Shown here: positions 39,602 to 51,800 of the stretch, piece after piece
How the letters are laid out: every line of letters begins with the position of its first letter
Position numbering within the stretch: position 1 is the first letter of the stretch
Source: Chamaesiphon sp.
Lineage (GTDB): Bacteria; Cyanobacteriota; Cyanobacteriia; Cyanobacteriales; Chamaesiphonaceae
Direction of reading: 5' to 3'
Length of the DNA: 64,000 nt
Assembly (NCBI GenBank): GCA_965246715.1
Contig: CBDFFH010000020.1
Location: 96,001-160,000 of the forward strand
Notes under the pieces: generated by a model
Told to the model about the DNA's origin: nothing
Database searches by the model: none
What the model saw: only the letters and a program-made list of their open reading frames with translations
Position numbers and translations under genes: made by a program

Positions 39602-40525
39602 ATGACGATAGGCATACTCAACCACAGTCCGATCTCGGAGCGATGTCTCGAACTAGCAACACTCGTAACCCGACACACCGACGGCAAGGGGAACGGTTTT
39701 CATCAGACAGGGATCGATCGATTAGAGTTTCAGCGGGAATCTGCTGCGCCAGTCTGCCTCCACGGTGTCAGCACACCGATCTTTGCCATCCTCTTACAGG
39801 GCAAAAAGCAAGTATTACTGGGGGAGGAAACCTATAGTTACGGTGCGTCTCAATATCTGGTTGTCTCGATCGATCTACCGATGAGCGGATTTGTAGTCGA
39901 GGCAACTCCAGATCGGCCTTATTTAGGCTTCAAGTTAGACTTAGATTTGCATCAACTTTGCGATATTATTACCGCTCAAACCAAGCCAAGTGCGAGTAAG
40001 CCAGAGAATTCTGTGAGAGGATTGTTTGTCAGCACCGCCGACACCACCTTACTCGATTGCGCCCTCAGACTGACAAGACTATTGGATACACCTCAAGATA
40101 TCCCGATCGTGGCTCCGCTGATTATCCACGAAATTTACTATCGTCTGTTAATGGGCGAACAAGGTGAAGCTGTCCGTCAGATTGCCACATCGGGTAGTAA
40201 GATGCAACGGATCGCCGAAGTGATTCAAGTTATTAAGACCGATCTGAATCGAGCGATGCGAGTTGAGGATTTAGCAGATCGAGCGAATATGTCGGCTTCA
40301 TCTTTTCATCATCATTTCAAGCAAGTGACATCGATGAGTCCGTTGCAATATCAAAAGCAATTAAGGCTACTCGAAGCCCGTCGCCTGATGCTGGCTGAAA
40401 ATTCCACTGCGACGATTGCGGCAGATCGAGTAGGCTATGAGAGCACTTCACAATTTAGTCGTGAATATTCCCGCATGTTTGGTGCGCCGCCGATGGGAGA
40501 TATCAAACGTTTACGGATAGCTTGA
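39602..40525 (+). CDS. AraC family regulator, YqhC-like; paralog of 1337-2245
   Basis: Near-colinear similarity to the first AraC; start could be 39560. Confidence 0.92.
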   Translation: MTIGILNHSPISERCLELATLVTRHTDGKGNGFHQTGIDRLEFQRESAAPVCLHGVSTPIFAILLQGKKQVLLGEETYSYGASQYLVVSIDLPMSGFVVEATPDRPYLGFKLDLDLHQLCDIITAQTKPSASKPENSVRGLFVSTADTTLLDCALRLTRLLDTPQDIPIVAPLIIHEIYYRLLMGEQGEAVRQIATSGSKMQRIAEVIQVIKTDLNRAMRVEDLADRANMSASSFHHHFKQVTSMSPLQYQKQLRLLEARRLMLAENSTATIAADRVGYESTSQFSREYSRMFGAPPMGDIKRLRIA

Positions 40526-40550
40526 AGATAGACTATTCGGTGCGCCATTT

Positions 40551-40579
40551 GATCGGGCGTTGACTTTCAACGCCCGATC
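40551..40579. terminator. Perfect 13-bp hairpin after araC
   Basis: GATCGGGCGTTGA-ctt-TCAACGCCCGATC. Confidence 0.6.
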
Positions 40580-40719
40580 GAGTTTATGGATTCCTTTGAA
40601 AATATCTCGACAACTTACTACTCGTCAAGCGGCATTTCCCAAGTGAGATAAACATTTTCATTTAATCCTAACGGAAAATTATCTGTTGCTCGCTCAACGC
40701 GCCCTAACCCTTATCTCTC

Positions 40720-41708
40720 ATGAACCCACTCAGCCCAACCGATTTAATTCGCGAGCGTTATGGCAGCAACGCCTTCAATCCAGAACACCTCTGGAATGAG
40801 ACGTTAGCAACGCTGCTGTCTCACCGCTCGGTACGTGCCTATTTACCAGACGCATTACCATCTCAAACCCTGGAAACTCTGATTGCGGCTGCCCAAGCAG
40901 CGGCAACATCTTCTAATCTGCAAACCTGGAGCGTCGTAGCGATCGAAGATCCGGCACGGAAAAGCACTTTAGCTCAACTAGCAGGCAATCAGGAGCAGAT
41001 CGACCAGTGTCCTTTATTTCTAGTTTGGTTAGCCGATCTAGCACGGCTGGATTACCTCGCCGCCCAGCGGGAGCTGCCCGCTGCTGGGTTGGATTACCTG
41101 GAGATGTTTGTTACTGCCCATATTCCGCACTTCGGAAAAGTAGTATGAAAAAAGCCTGATTTTACGTTGCGGCGATCGACAAGCTACTAGCATTTACAAT
41201 CAGTAACATGGCTAAAATGTCGAGTCTTCGTATATTACTCTTCGATCGGAAATCGAAGTGCGGAATGTGGGTTACTGCCGTCATTGATGCCTCACTGGCT
41301 GCCCAGAATGCCACGCTCGCGGCTGAGTCTCTAGGGCTGGGCACGGTCTACATTGGTGGCATCCGCAACCAGCCCGAACAAGTTGCCAAGACGCTGAAAC
41401 TGCCGCCCCACCTGTTTGCGGTGTTTGGGTTGTGTGTGGGCTATCCCGATCTGGCAAAATTGGCAGCGGTTAAACCCCGATTACCTCAAGCGGCTGTACT
41501 CCATCGCGAAACGTACAATCTCGCCCAGCAAGATGCGGCGATTACTGAGTACAACGAGGTGATGCGACAGTTCTACGAGTCTCAACAGATGAATGTTGCT
41601 GGAGACTGGGTGGAGCATTCCCTCAAACGAGTCGCGACAGCACAGGCATTGAGTGGGCGCGATCGGTTGAGGGAACAGTTACACCGACTTGGATTCCCGC
41701 TGCTGTGA
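40720..41708 (+). pseudogene. nfsA: NfsA/Frp-type NADPH nitroreductase interrupted by a MITE
   Basis: HRSVRAY, AATSSNLQ, KPRLP; removing the MITE restores LEMFVTAVIDASLAAQN. Confidence 0.88.
41117..41271. mobile_element. 155-bp MITE
   Basis: 18-bp IR CCCA(T/C)ATTCCGCACTTCG; 6-bp TSD TTACTG at 41111-41116 and 41272-41277. Confidence 0.9.
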
Positions 41709-42117
41709 TGGTATTTTCTAACTACTTATCCCTGCTGCGAAGAAGTATTTTTACGCCATTCGGCATTTAAAAATTAGTAATTTATTGTCACTAAAAATTT
41801 GGATTTTGGTATGAGCTAATCGTCAAACAGTAACGCAATTTTGGCCACCTTTTGTCACTATAAAAGGCTAGATCTGCTGGCTGCTCGCATCGATTTGAGT
41901 CAATCAAACGGACGGCGACAAAGCTGCTTAGCTTTGTACTTAATGCGAGCGATCGAGTCTGTCTAAAGAGAGATGAAATTTTACTCCAGTAGACATTATC
42001 ATATCCCAAAGCGACTCGCCGTTTAAAAATTCCAAACTACCAATCGGATTCTAGTTCGCACGATCGGATAGTGATGTCTAAGCCGCGCCTAATTGAGAGC
42101 GGTTAACAATTCAAATT

Positions 42118-43474
42118 ATGGAAACAGTAGATGCGATTGTAATTGGCAGCGGTCAGGGTGGCGTTCCGTTTGCAGTTGACTTGGCAACCGCCGGAAAAAA
42201 CGTCATCCTGTTCGAGCGCGATGCTCTGGGCGGGAGTTGTATCAATTATGGTTGCACGCCCTCTAAAGCATTTTTAGCCGCCGCTCATGCCGCAGGTCGC
42301 GCACGAATAGCCCAAATGCTCGGCATCCACGCCCAAATTACAGTCGATTTTGCCGCCGTGATGGAACGGGTGCGGGGGGATTCGCAGCGAGTTTAATCAG
42401 GGGGTCGAGCGGCGGCTGGCAGATGCAGGCGTGAAAGTTGTCTGTGCTCAAGCTGCTTTTACGGACGATCGCACGGTTAGCGGTGGTGGTGTTACTGTTC
42501 AGGCTCCGCTGGTGGTAATTAACACGGGGACTTCCTCGCTCCTGCCTGACATCCCTGGTTTAGCTGGCACGCCTTATTTAACTAATCGCAATTTCTTCGA
42601 TCTGCAACAGCTCCCGCCGCGCTTGCTGGTGATTGGCGGTGGGTATATTGCGCTGGAATTGGGACAGGGGATGGCGCGATTGGGCAGTCAAACCGAATTA
42701 ATCGTGCGGGGAGATCGCTTGCTCGACCGCGAAGACGCGGATGTGAGTGAGGTCATGGCTGAGGCATTGCAACGAGACGGGATCGAACTGCATTTTAATA
42801 CAAAAGTCGATCGGGTGAATTATGCCAACGGCGTATTTACGCTGACATTAGACAATGGTAAATCCCTAGATGGAGAAGCGTTGCTAATTGCGATCGGTCG
42901 TCAACCGAATACCCAGGTATTGAATGTTGGTTCGACAGGCGTGGCATTAGACGATCGCGGTTATGTCAAGATCGACGATCGGTTTGAGACTACCTGCCCT
43001 GGCATTTATGCCATCGGGGACGTGGCCAATCAACCTGCCTTTACACATGTCTCTTGGGAGGACTATCGCCGATTGAAGGCGATCCTCGATGGCCAACAGC
43101 GGACGCGACACGATCGGGTGTTGGGCTATGCCACTTATACAGAGCCGCAAGTCGGTCGCGTCGGCATGACTTTAGCGCAGGCACACCAACAGGGGATTAC
43201 AACTGCTCGCGAAGTCACCTTGCCGATGTCTCAAATCGCTCGTGCCACTGAATGGGGTCACGATCTGGGCTTTTATCGGCTGGTCGTCGATACCCATACA
43301 AATTTAATTTTAGGCGCAACGCTGGTAGGATACGAAACTGCGGAGATCGTGCATGTATTTTTATCGCTGATGGAAGCTGGCGCAACCTGGCAGCTCCTCG
43401 AACGATCGGTTCACATTCATCCCACCTACGGCGAAGCCTTGCCTAGTCTGGCACGGCTACTAATGTCAGATTAA
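42118..43474 (+). pseudogene. Pyridine nucleotide-disulfide oxidoreductase (MerA/LpdA-like), frameshift in a G6 run at 42374-42379
   Basis: GSGQGG, GGSCINYGCTPSK, GGGYIALE, HIHPTYGE; removing one G joins the frames. Confidence 0.85.
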
Positions 43475-43494
43475 AGTATCTCCCAACGACAAAA

Positions 43495-45776
43495 ATGCAG
43501 TTACATCGCCGTAATTTCCTGAGCTTGCTTGTCAAATCGGAACCAGGACGACCTGCGATCGCCAATGGCGTGCGGGCTGTCTTATGCTTGGGGGTGCCGA
43601 TGGTCGTCGGGCAACTGCTCGATCGCCGCGAACTGGGCTTATTTTTTGGTTTAATTGCTTTTTTTGTCAACTTAGCCAACGTGGGCGGTTCCTACCAGAT
43701 TAAAGCCAAAGCGATGCTGGCCGCCACAGTGGGGATCGCGCTCTCAGTCTTGGTGGGCAAGCTCGTCAGTAGCGTCCCCGTGCTAGCTGTAATCCTAATC
43801 TTTGGCTGGGGAGTTGCCGCTGGACTAGCCTCGCTATACGGCAATGCAGGCTCTCAAGTCGGTTTGGTCGTCGGCCTCTCCTTCATCGTCTCGCTCGCCC
43901 AACCAGGGGACATCCACACGGCTGGAGCGCAATCGCTATTAGCCCTGCTGGCAGGCGGCTGGGCGATGCTACTGTCCCTGATCTTATGGCCATTTCAACC
44001 CGATCGATTGCTCCGATTTGCGATCGCTGAATGCTTCAATGCGATTGCCAGCTATGTTCGGGCAGTTCGAGATGAAGTCGATACCACAGAATACCTCATC
44101 GCCACTAGCACCGCATTAGAAAAAGCGCGGATCGATCTCGGTACCGTCCGGATCGGACAGTCAGCCCAAAGCTGGATGGACGAGCGGTTATTGGTGTTAA
44201 TTCAGGATGGAGATCGCGTGCTCGGTTCGGCGATCGCGCTGACAGATTTACTCACAACTTACGCCCAACACCAGGAATATCCCCAGGTTCGACCCTTAAT
44301 CGATGAAGCCCTCGACCAATTCTCACTCGTGCTGCAATCGATCGGTAGTGTCATCGCGGGCAAATCTGCCAGCATCGATCTCACACAACTAGATCGAATT
44401 GCTGAAGCACTCAAGGAACGCGAACGCCAACAGCGACAAGCAATTGGGAGTAAAAGTAATGATACCCCGCTCGTCGCCCTCAATCATTTGGTACGGACGA
44501 TCGACAAACTCATTAAACAACTACAGTACACGTCACAGTCAGCGACAGATCTAAGCAAACGCTGCCAAAAAATTCATCACCGCGATGTCGATTTACTGCT
44601 GTTGGTGAAAGACGAGTCGCAATCCCCGATCGATTTACTGCGCGACAACTTGACCTTCGACTCGGCGATCTTTTGCCATGCGCTCCGGCTGGGCATCACT
44701 CTGAGTATCGGTTTCATCTGCTATCGCCTGACAAATCTACCGATGGGTTATTGGATTACGCTGTCAATTATGTTTGTCCTCAAACCGAACTTAGGGGGGA
44801 CTTTTGTGCGTTTTTTCCAGCGCGTGGGCGGGACGCTTTTAGGTGCGGCGATTGCCGCGATCTTGTTAGCTACGATCGCCAGTAAGCCGATTTTAGACAT
44901 CATTATCATTCTGAACGTGTTTTTTGGCGTTGCCCTGATTGCGGTTAACTATGGATCTTCAGTGGTGTTCTTTTCGATCTTTGTCCTCCTAATTGCCGAC
45001 ATGACCGATCTAAATGATGCGATGGGCTGGCAATTTGCTATTTTGCGGATTGTGAATACCTTAATTGGCGCGGGAATGGCGTTTGGCACTCATTACTTAC
45101 TGTGGCCAAATTGGGAATGCGCTCGATTGCCCAGTCAACTCGCTACTGCCCTTCAAGCCGCTGCTACTTACTTTGGAGATGTGATGGCTGTTTATCAGGG
45201 GCAAGGGAATATGATTCGACTATTATCGGTCGCCGCCGCCAAACCGGACTGGCAATTGGCAATGCCCAAGCTTCATTTCAAGGATTGCTCCGCGAGCCGA
45301 AACTGTCCGAGGAATTAGTCGAACCAGTAATGACACTACTCGTCTACGTGGGGCGCTTTACCAGTGCCGTAACTGTTTTAGCCGAACATCTCGAACGTTG
45401 TCGATCGATCGTCCCACTGCCAACACTCGCCACCTTCGATCGGCAAATTTCCCTAGTCCTAGAGCAGCTAGCTGATGCCGTCGCCGAGCGAACGATCCCA
45501 CCACCTCTACCCGATTTAGAAGCAACCCTATCCAGCATCCAGCCACAGCTCCAAGCACGAAGGACAGATTCGCCAGCCCTGAGTGTTGTTGGCTTCAATG
45601 CTGCTACTGTAAATCGATCGCAGCAACCTACTCCTCAGATTTCAATTCTCCAGGGGAGCGGGCTTTCTGCCAACGACTATAGTATTCTCGATGTGGAAAT
45701 CGACCAGATCGTGCGGCGGGTAACGGCGATGCACTCAGCGATCGTCCGACTGAAATTGAATAGCAAATTAAGATAG
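43495..45776 (+). pseudogene. FUSC/YccS family membrane protein, frameshift at about 45198-45201
   Basis: Two FUSC TM blocks (HALRL..GYW...VLKP..QRVGGTLLG); C-terminus continues in the 45102-45776 frame. Confidence 0.8.
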
Positions 45777-45879
45777 CCCATTGCCATCGAATAATTATGT
45801 GAATTGCTGTTGTTGGAAAATCGTGATGAGTCTTCTATAGTTTAAAGTATGCTACCTCATACTTCTCCAGAGAGGTTCT

Positions 45880-48800
45880 ATGATTGCTCTAGCTGGTATT
45901 GCTATCCAAGACAAGATCTACGAAAGTGCGAATTCTCTGGTGTATCGGGGTATCACCGACGATGGGCTAGCGATCGTCATCAAAATGCTCAAGCAAGATT
46001 ATCCCTCTCCCCCAGAACTGACTCGCTACAGACAAGAATATCAAATCACCCGCTCCCTTAACCTAGAAGGAGTCGTTAAGGTATACAGCCAGCGGGACTA
46101 CCAACGCACACTCGTCATGCTCTTAGAAGACTTTGGTGGAGAGTCCTTAGAGCAATGGATGCGGCAGCGTTCAGACTTCTACCCTATGCCCTTAGCCACT
46201 TTTATCCGGCTGGCGATCGATCTCACAGATATTCTGGGTAGAATTCATGCCGCTGGTGTCATTCACAAGGATATCAACCCTGGAAACATCGTCCTGAATC
46301 TGGAGACTGGCGTTGTCAAAATTATTGACTTTGGGATTGCTACCCAATTTAGCCGCACAAATCCGACGTTCAAAAGCCCGCATGGGTTAGAAGGAACACT
46401 TGCCTACCTGTCGCCAGAACAAACCGGACGGATGAATCGATCGATCGATTACCGTACCGATTTCTATTCGCTTGGTGTGACATTTTACGAACTGATAACT
46501 GGACATCTGCCGTTTCCCACCACAGATCTGCTAGAGCTAGTCCATTGTCATATTGCCAAACCACCCGTGCCACCTCACGAACTGAATGCAGCGATCCCCA
46601 AACCCATTTCAGAGATCGTGCTGAAACTGATGGCAAAAAATGCCGAGGCTCGCTATCAGAGTGCTTGGGGGATTAAAGCAGATTTAGAACTTTGCGATCG
46701 CCAATTAGCAGAAATCGGTCGTATCGATCGGTTTCAATTAGCACTTCAAGACGTTGCCGATCGATTTCAAATCCCGCAAAAACTGTATGGACGAGATAAA
46801 GAAGTTGCACTGCTACTGTCAGCTTTCGACCGCGTAGCGTGTCCAGCCGACGACAATTCAGAACCAAGATTCAAAGTCGAAATGATGCTGGTGTCTGGCT
46901 ATGCTGGCATTGGCAAATCGGCGTTAGTGCAAGAACTCTACAAACCCATCACGGCAAAGCGTGGCTATTTTATCTCTGGTAAATTCGACCAATTTGGGCG
47001 GAATATTCCCTATAGCGCGATCGTCGATGCCTTGCGAAAATTGATGCAGCAACTGCTCGGTGAATCAGAAGATCGGGTGCAATACTGGCGATCGAACCTG
47101 CTCACAGCGTTGGGTAGCAACGGACAATTGATTATTGATGTGCTCCCGGAAGTTGAATCGATCGTGGGTAAGCAGCCACCATTACCCGAAGTTGGATCGA
47201 CTGAGGCACAAAATCGATTTAACCTTGTCTTTCAGAAATTCATTCGCGCCTGCTGTTCCGATGAGCATCCTTTGGTCATTTTTTTAGATGATTTGCAATG
47301 GGTAGACTCCGCTACGCTCAAGTTCATTGAGTTAATCCTGAGCGATCGTGAGATGCAATCCCTGCTTTTAATTGGTGCTTATCGGGATAACGAAGTCACC
47401 GCAGCGCATCCGCTGATGGCAACCCTAGAAAAGCTAAAGCAGGAAACTGTTGCGATTAATCGAATCATGTTGGCTCCGCTAGAACTGGGGGCAGTGGCTC
47501 AACTAATTGCTGAAACCTTGCACATGCCTACTGAGTCGATCGAGTCTTTAGCAGAGTTGGTATGGCGTAAAGCAAACGGCAATCCCTATTTTACGAATGA
47601 ATTTCTCAAGACGTTATACACCGAAGATTTCATAGTCTTCAACATGGATCGACGATGTTGGCAATGGGATGTTGCTCAAATTAGAGCTACAAATATTACC
47701 GACAATGTAGTGGAGTCGATCTTCGGGAAGTTGAAGCAACTACCGGAGCAAACTCAGCAGGTTTTACGTTTAGCAGCTTGTATCGGTGCTGAGTTCGATT
47801 TAGCAGCACTCTCAACCATTTGCGAACGACCAGCGGTTGAAATTTTTGCAGAACTGACAACAACGCTTCAGTCGGAATTGATTCTAGCTACGTCAGAGTT
47901 AGATGAGAACCTGTTGATTCAGAACTACAAGTTTTCGCACGATCGGGTGCAGCAATCTGCTTATGTACTAATTGCCCAAGAGCAACAACAAGCGGTTCAC
48001 TTGCAAATTGGTTATCTCCTGCTGCAAAGTAATCAGTCTGAAACTGCACCAAATAACTTATTTGAGGTAGTTGACCACCTGAATCTAGGCCGCAATCTTA
48101 TCCTTGAGCAAGACGAACGCGATCGATTAGCCAGATTGAATCTAATCGCAGGTCAAAAAGCAAAAATGACATCAGCGTACAGTGCTGCACTGCAATATTT
48201 GAATGTAGGAATAGAATTGCTAGTAATTGATAGTTGGCAGGTTCAGTACCCGGTAACTTTGGCACTGTATGAGGAAGTGACAGAAGTAGCTTACCTGTAT
48301 GGCGACTTTCAGCAAATGGAACAATGGGCGATTGTTGTGCTAAAACAGGCAAATACAGTTCTAGATAAAATCAAAGTTTATGAAACTAAAATTCAAGCTT
48401 GGATGGCGCAAGGTAGACAATTAGAGGCAATTAAGATTGGCTTAGAAGTTTTAGAATTACTGGGGATAGCTTTGCCACAGACACCAACAGAAGTTGATGT
48501 TCACAGGAAATTAACAGAAACAGTAGATTACTTTAATGCCATCAATATAGAGGATTTGCTGGAGCTACCATTGATGAGAGAGCCAGCTAAACTGGCTGCT
48601 ATGCAAATCTTATCAGGCTTAGTTGCAGCTACCTTTGAAGCTGCTCCTTCACTACTACCGTTAATTGTGTGCGAGCAGATAAATTTATCTGCTCGTTATG
48701 GCAATACTTCCTCCTCAACTTTTGCCTATGCTACCTACGGTGGGCTAATTCTCAATGGCATAATCCGAGATTTTGAAAGAGCTTATCAATTTGGTAAGTT

Positions 48801-51800
48801 GGCATTGAACTTGACTGAAAAATTAGATTCTAAAAGACTTAAGTCAAGGGTAATTCAGATTGTCACAGGGCATCTCATGCATTGTAAAGATCGGATCGAT
48901 CGAACCTTATCCTTGCTTCATGAGGGATACGAGACTGCGCTAGAAACCGGAGATTTAGTATATTGTGGATACTGTGCACTATTTGATTGTTTGCATTTGT
49001 ATTTTGCTGGCTCAGAACTAAGCAAGATTGAATCTAAAATTAAGTTTTACAGTAATATTTTGGCTCCACTTAAACAGGAAAATACTTTAAATTATCTTGG
49101 CAAATTGCAGCAGGTTATCTACAACTTAATAGAGCAGTTAGAAAATCCAGGTTGTCTACTTGGTAATAATTATAGCGAACAGCAACTCTTGCCAAGTTAT
49201 CTTGCAGCAAACGATCGATGTAATCTCTACCATTTATACCTAGACAAGCTGATCCTTAGCTATTTATTTGCAGATGCCCCACAAGCCGTAGAGTATGCTG
49301 CTCAAGCTGAACTTTATTTAGATGGAGCATTAGGAACTTTTTCAACACCTGTATTTTATTTCTACGATTCTTTAGTGCAGATGAAAGTATACCAGTCTGT
49401 TTCGCTCTCAGAGCAGGAGCTTCTGCTGCGTAAAATAATCAGCAATCAGGAAAAGATGCAGAGATGGGCAGATTCCGCTCCAACAAATTTTCAACATAAA
49501 TACGATCTGATTGCAGCAGAAAAAGCGCGAATCTTAGGGCGTACAGATGAAGCAATGAGCCTGTATGAGCGGGCAATTGCAGGAGCAAAAGACAACCAAT
49601 TTATTCAAGAAGAGGCGTTAGCATCTGAATTGGCAGCTAAGTTTTACCTGGTGCGTGGGTTGGCGAGAATTGCTCAAATTTACATCAAAGAAGCGCACTA
49701 CTGCTATAGACGCTGGGGAGCGACTGCGAAGGTCAAAGATTTAGAAACTCGTTACCCACAGTTCTTTCCTCAATCGTCGGGCATGGCTAACACGCCAATC
49801 CACGCTACTGCTGAAACCACTTCTAATCACTCACCCACTGCCTTCGATTTAGCTACAGTGATGAAAGCATCTCAAGCGATTTCGAGCGAAATTGAACTGG
49901 AGCAGTTACTCACTTCTTTGATGCAGATCTTAATCGAGAATGCTGGCGCACAAACCGGATTTCTGATTCTGGAAAACGCAGGTGAATGGACGATCGAAGC
50001 TGCTTGTGAACTCAATGATGGCGATCGGGTCTGCGCTACGCGAGTACTACAATCGCTTCCAATGGCAAATCGCTTGCCCGAATCAGTGATTCAGTATGTC
50101 ATCCGAACTCATGAATCTGTCATCTTGAATGATGCAACTTGTGAAGGTAATTTTATTAATGAGCCATATATTCAACACAATCAAACTCGATCGCTGCTGT
50201 GTTTGCCACTGCTGAATCAAAGTAAGCTGGTTGGCGTGTTGTATCTGGAGAATCAATTAGCAACTGGAGCATTTACACCCGATCGAATGCAAGTTTTGAA
50301 GCTATTATCAACCCAGGCAGCGATCTCGATCGAAAATGCTAAACTCTACTCAAAGTTGCGCGCTAGCGAAAGCAAAATGACTCAATTCCTGGAAGCCATT
50401 CCGGTGGGAGTTGGGATCGTTGATGCGAATGGTCGCCCTTACTATGCCAATCAACGTGGTATTCAGCTTATGGGCAAAGGGATCGATCCTGCCGTAGCCA
50501 CAGAGCAAATCGCCGAGGTTTACCAATTTTATGTGACGGGAACGGATCGAATCTATGCGACTGAAAACATGCCAATTATCCGAGCGTTGAGCGGCGAATG
50601 CACCACGGTTGACGATGTAGATATTCGCCAGAACAATGCAACCATTCCAATTGAGGTATGGGGAACTCCCATCTTTGATGAACAGGGCAAGGTGGTTTAT
50701 GCGATCGCAGCTTTTCAAGACATCACCGAGCGCAAACGAACAGAACACCTCTTAGCCAATTACAATCGCACCTTAGAGCAACAGGTGGTGGAACGAACGG
50801 CGGCATTACAGAAAAGTGAAGCGACACTGCGCGATCGAGAACAGCAATTACGACTGATTGCTGACGCTCTACCAGCTCTGATTGGCTATGTGGATGCCAA
50901 TCGATGCCATCAATTTATCAACCGCACCTATGAGGTTTGGTTTAGTCGTAGTTGTGATGAGATTTTGGGTAATTCTGTTCGAGAACTCCTTGGTGAAACA
51001 GTTTATCAAAAGATTGAGCCGTATATCGATCGAGTGTTTGCAGGTCAAACTGTAACTATGGAGACAGAAATTCCCTTTGAACTTGGTAAAAGATCCATCA
51101 GTTCTACCTTCATCCCCGATTTCGTTGGCGGAGCCTCTTCCCTGGAGAATCGCCACGATCGAGTCAGAGGATTCTACAGTTTAATCACAGACATTAGCGA
51201 TCGCAAACAATCAGAAGAGGTGTTGCGCCAGTCCGAGGCTCAGTTTCGGGAACAGGCAATCCTTTCCGCTTTTCGCGCCGAGTTAGACAATGCCCTTGCT
51301 CAAAGTGATGATTTGCCATCAATGCTGCATCGCTGTGCGGAAGCCGTCGTTAAGTACTTTAATGCAGCATTTGCTCGGATTTGGACGCTAAATAAAGACA
51401 AAATTGTTTTGGAGTTACAGGCCAGTGCAGGGATGTATACCCGTCTTGACGGCACCTACAGTCGAGTTCCTGTAGGTAGCTTCAAAGTTGGACGAATTGC
51501 TGAGGATCGCTGCCCTCTGTTGACCAACAATGTGTTTGATGAGTCAATTATCGATCGAGAATGGGCAGAACGAGAAGGCATGGTGGCATTTGCGGGCTAT
51601 CCCATACTGCTAGATGAGCAGCTTGTTGGAGTTATCGCGATGTTTACTCGCCACCCCATTCCGCTGTCCAACTTTGAGGCGTTGGAGTTTGCAGCTCGCG
51701 AGATTGGATTGGGAATTAAACGCAAACAGGCAGAAGTAGCGTTGCAAGCTTCTGAAGCAGAACTTCGTGCACTCTTTTCAGCAATGCCCGATCCTCTCTT

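Noticed and set aside
41208..41271. Start of a separate 166-aa nitroreductase
   Set aside because: This start lies inside the MITE; the ORF is the 3' half of nfsA.
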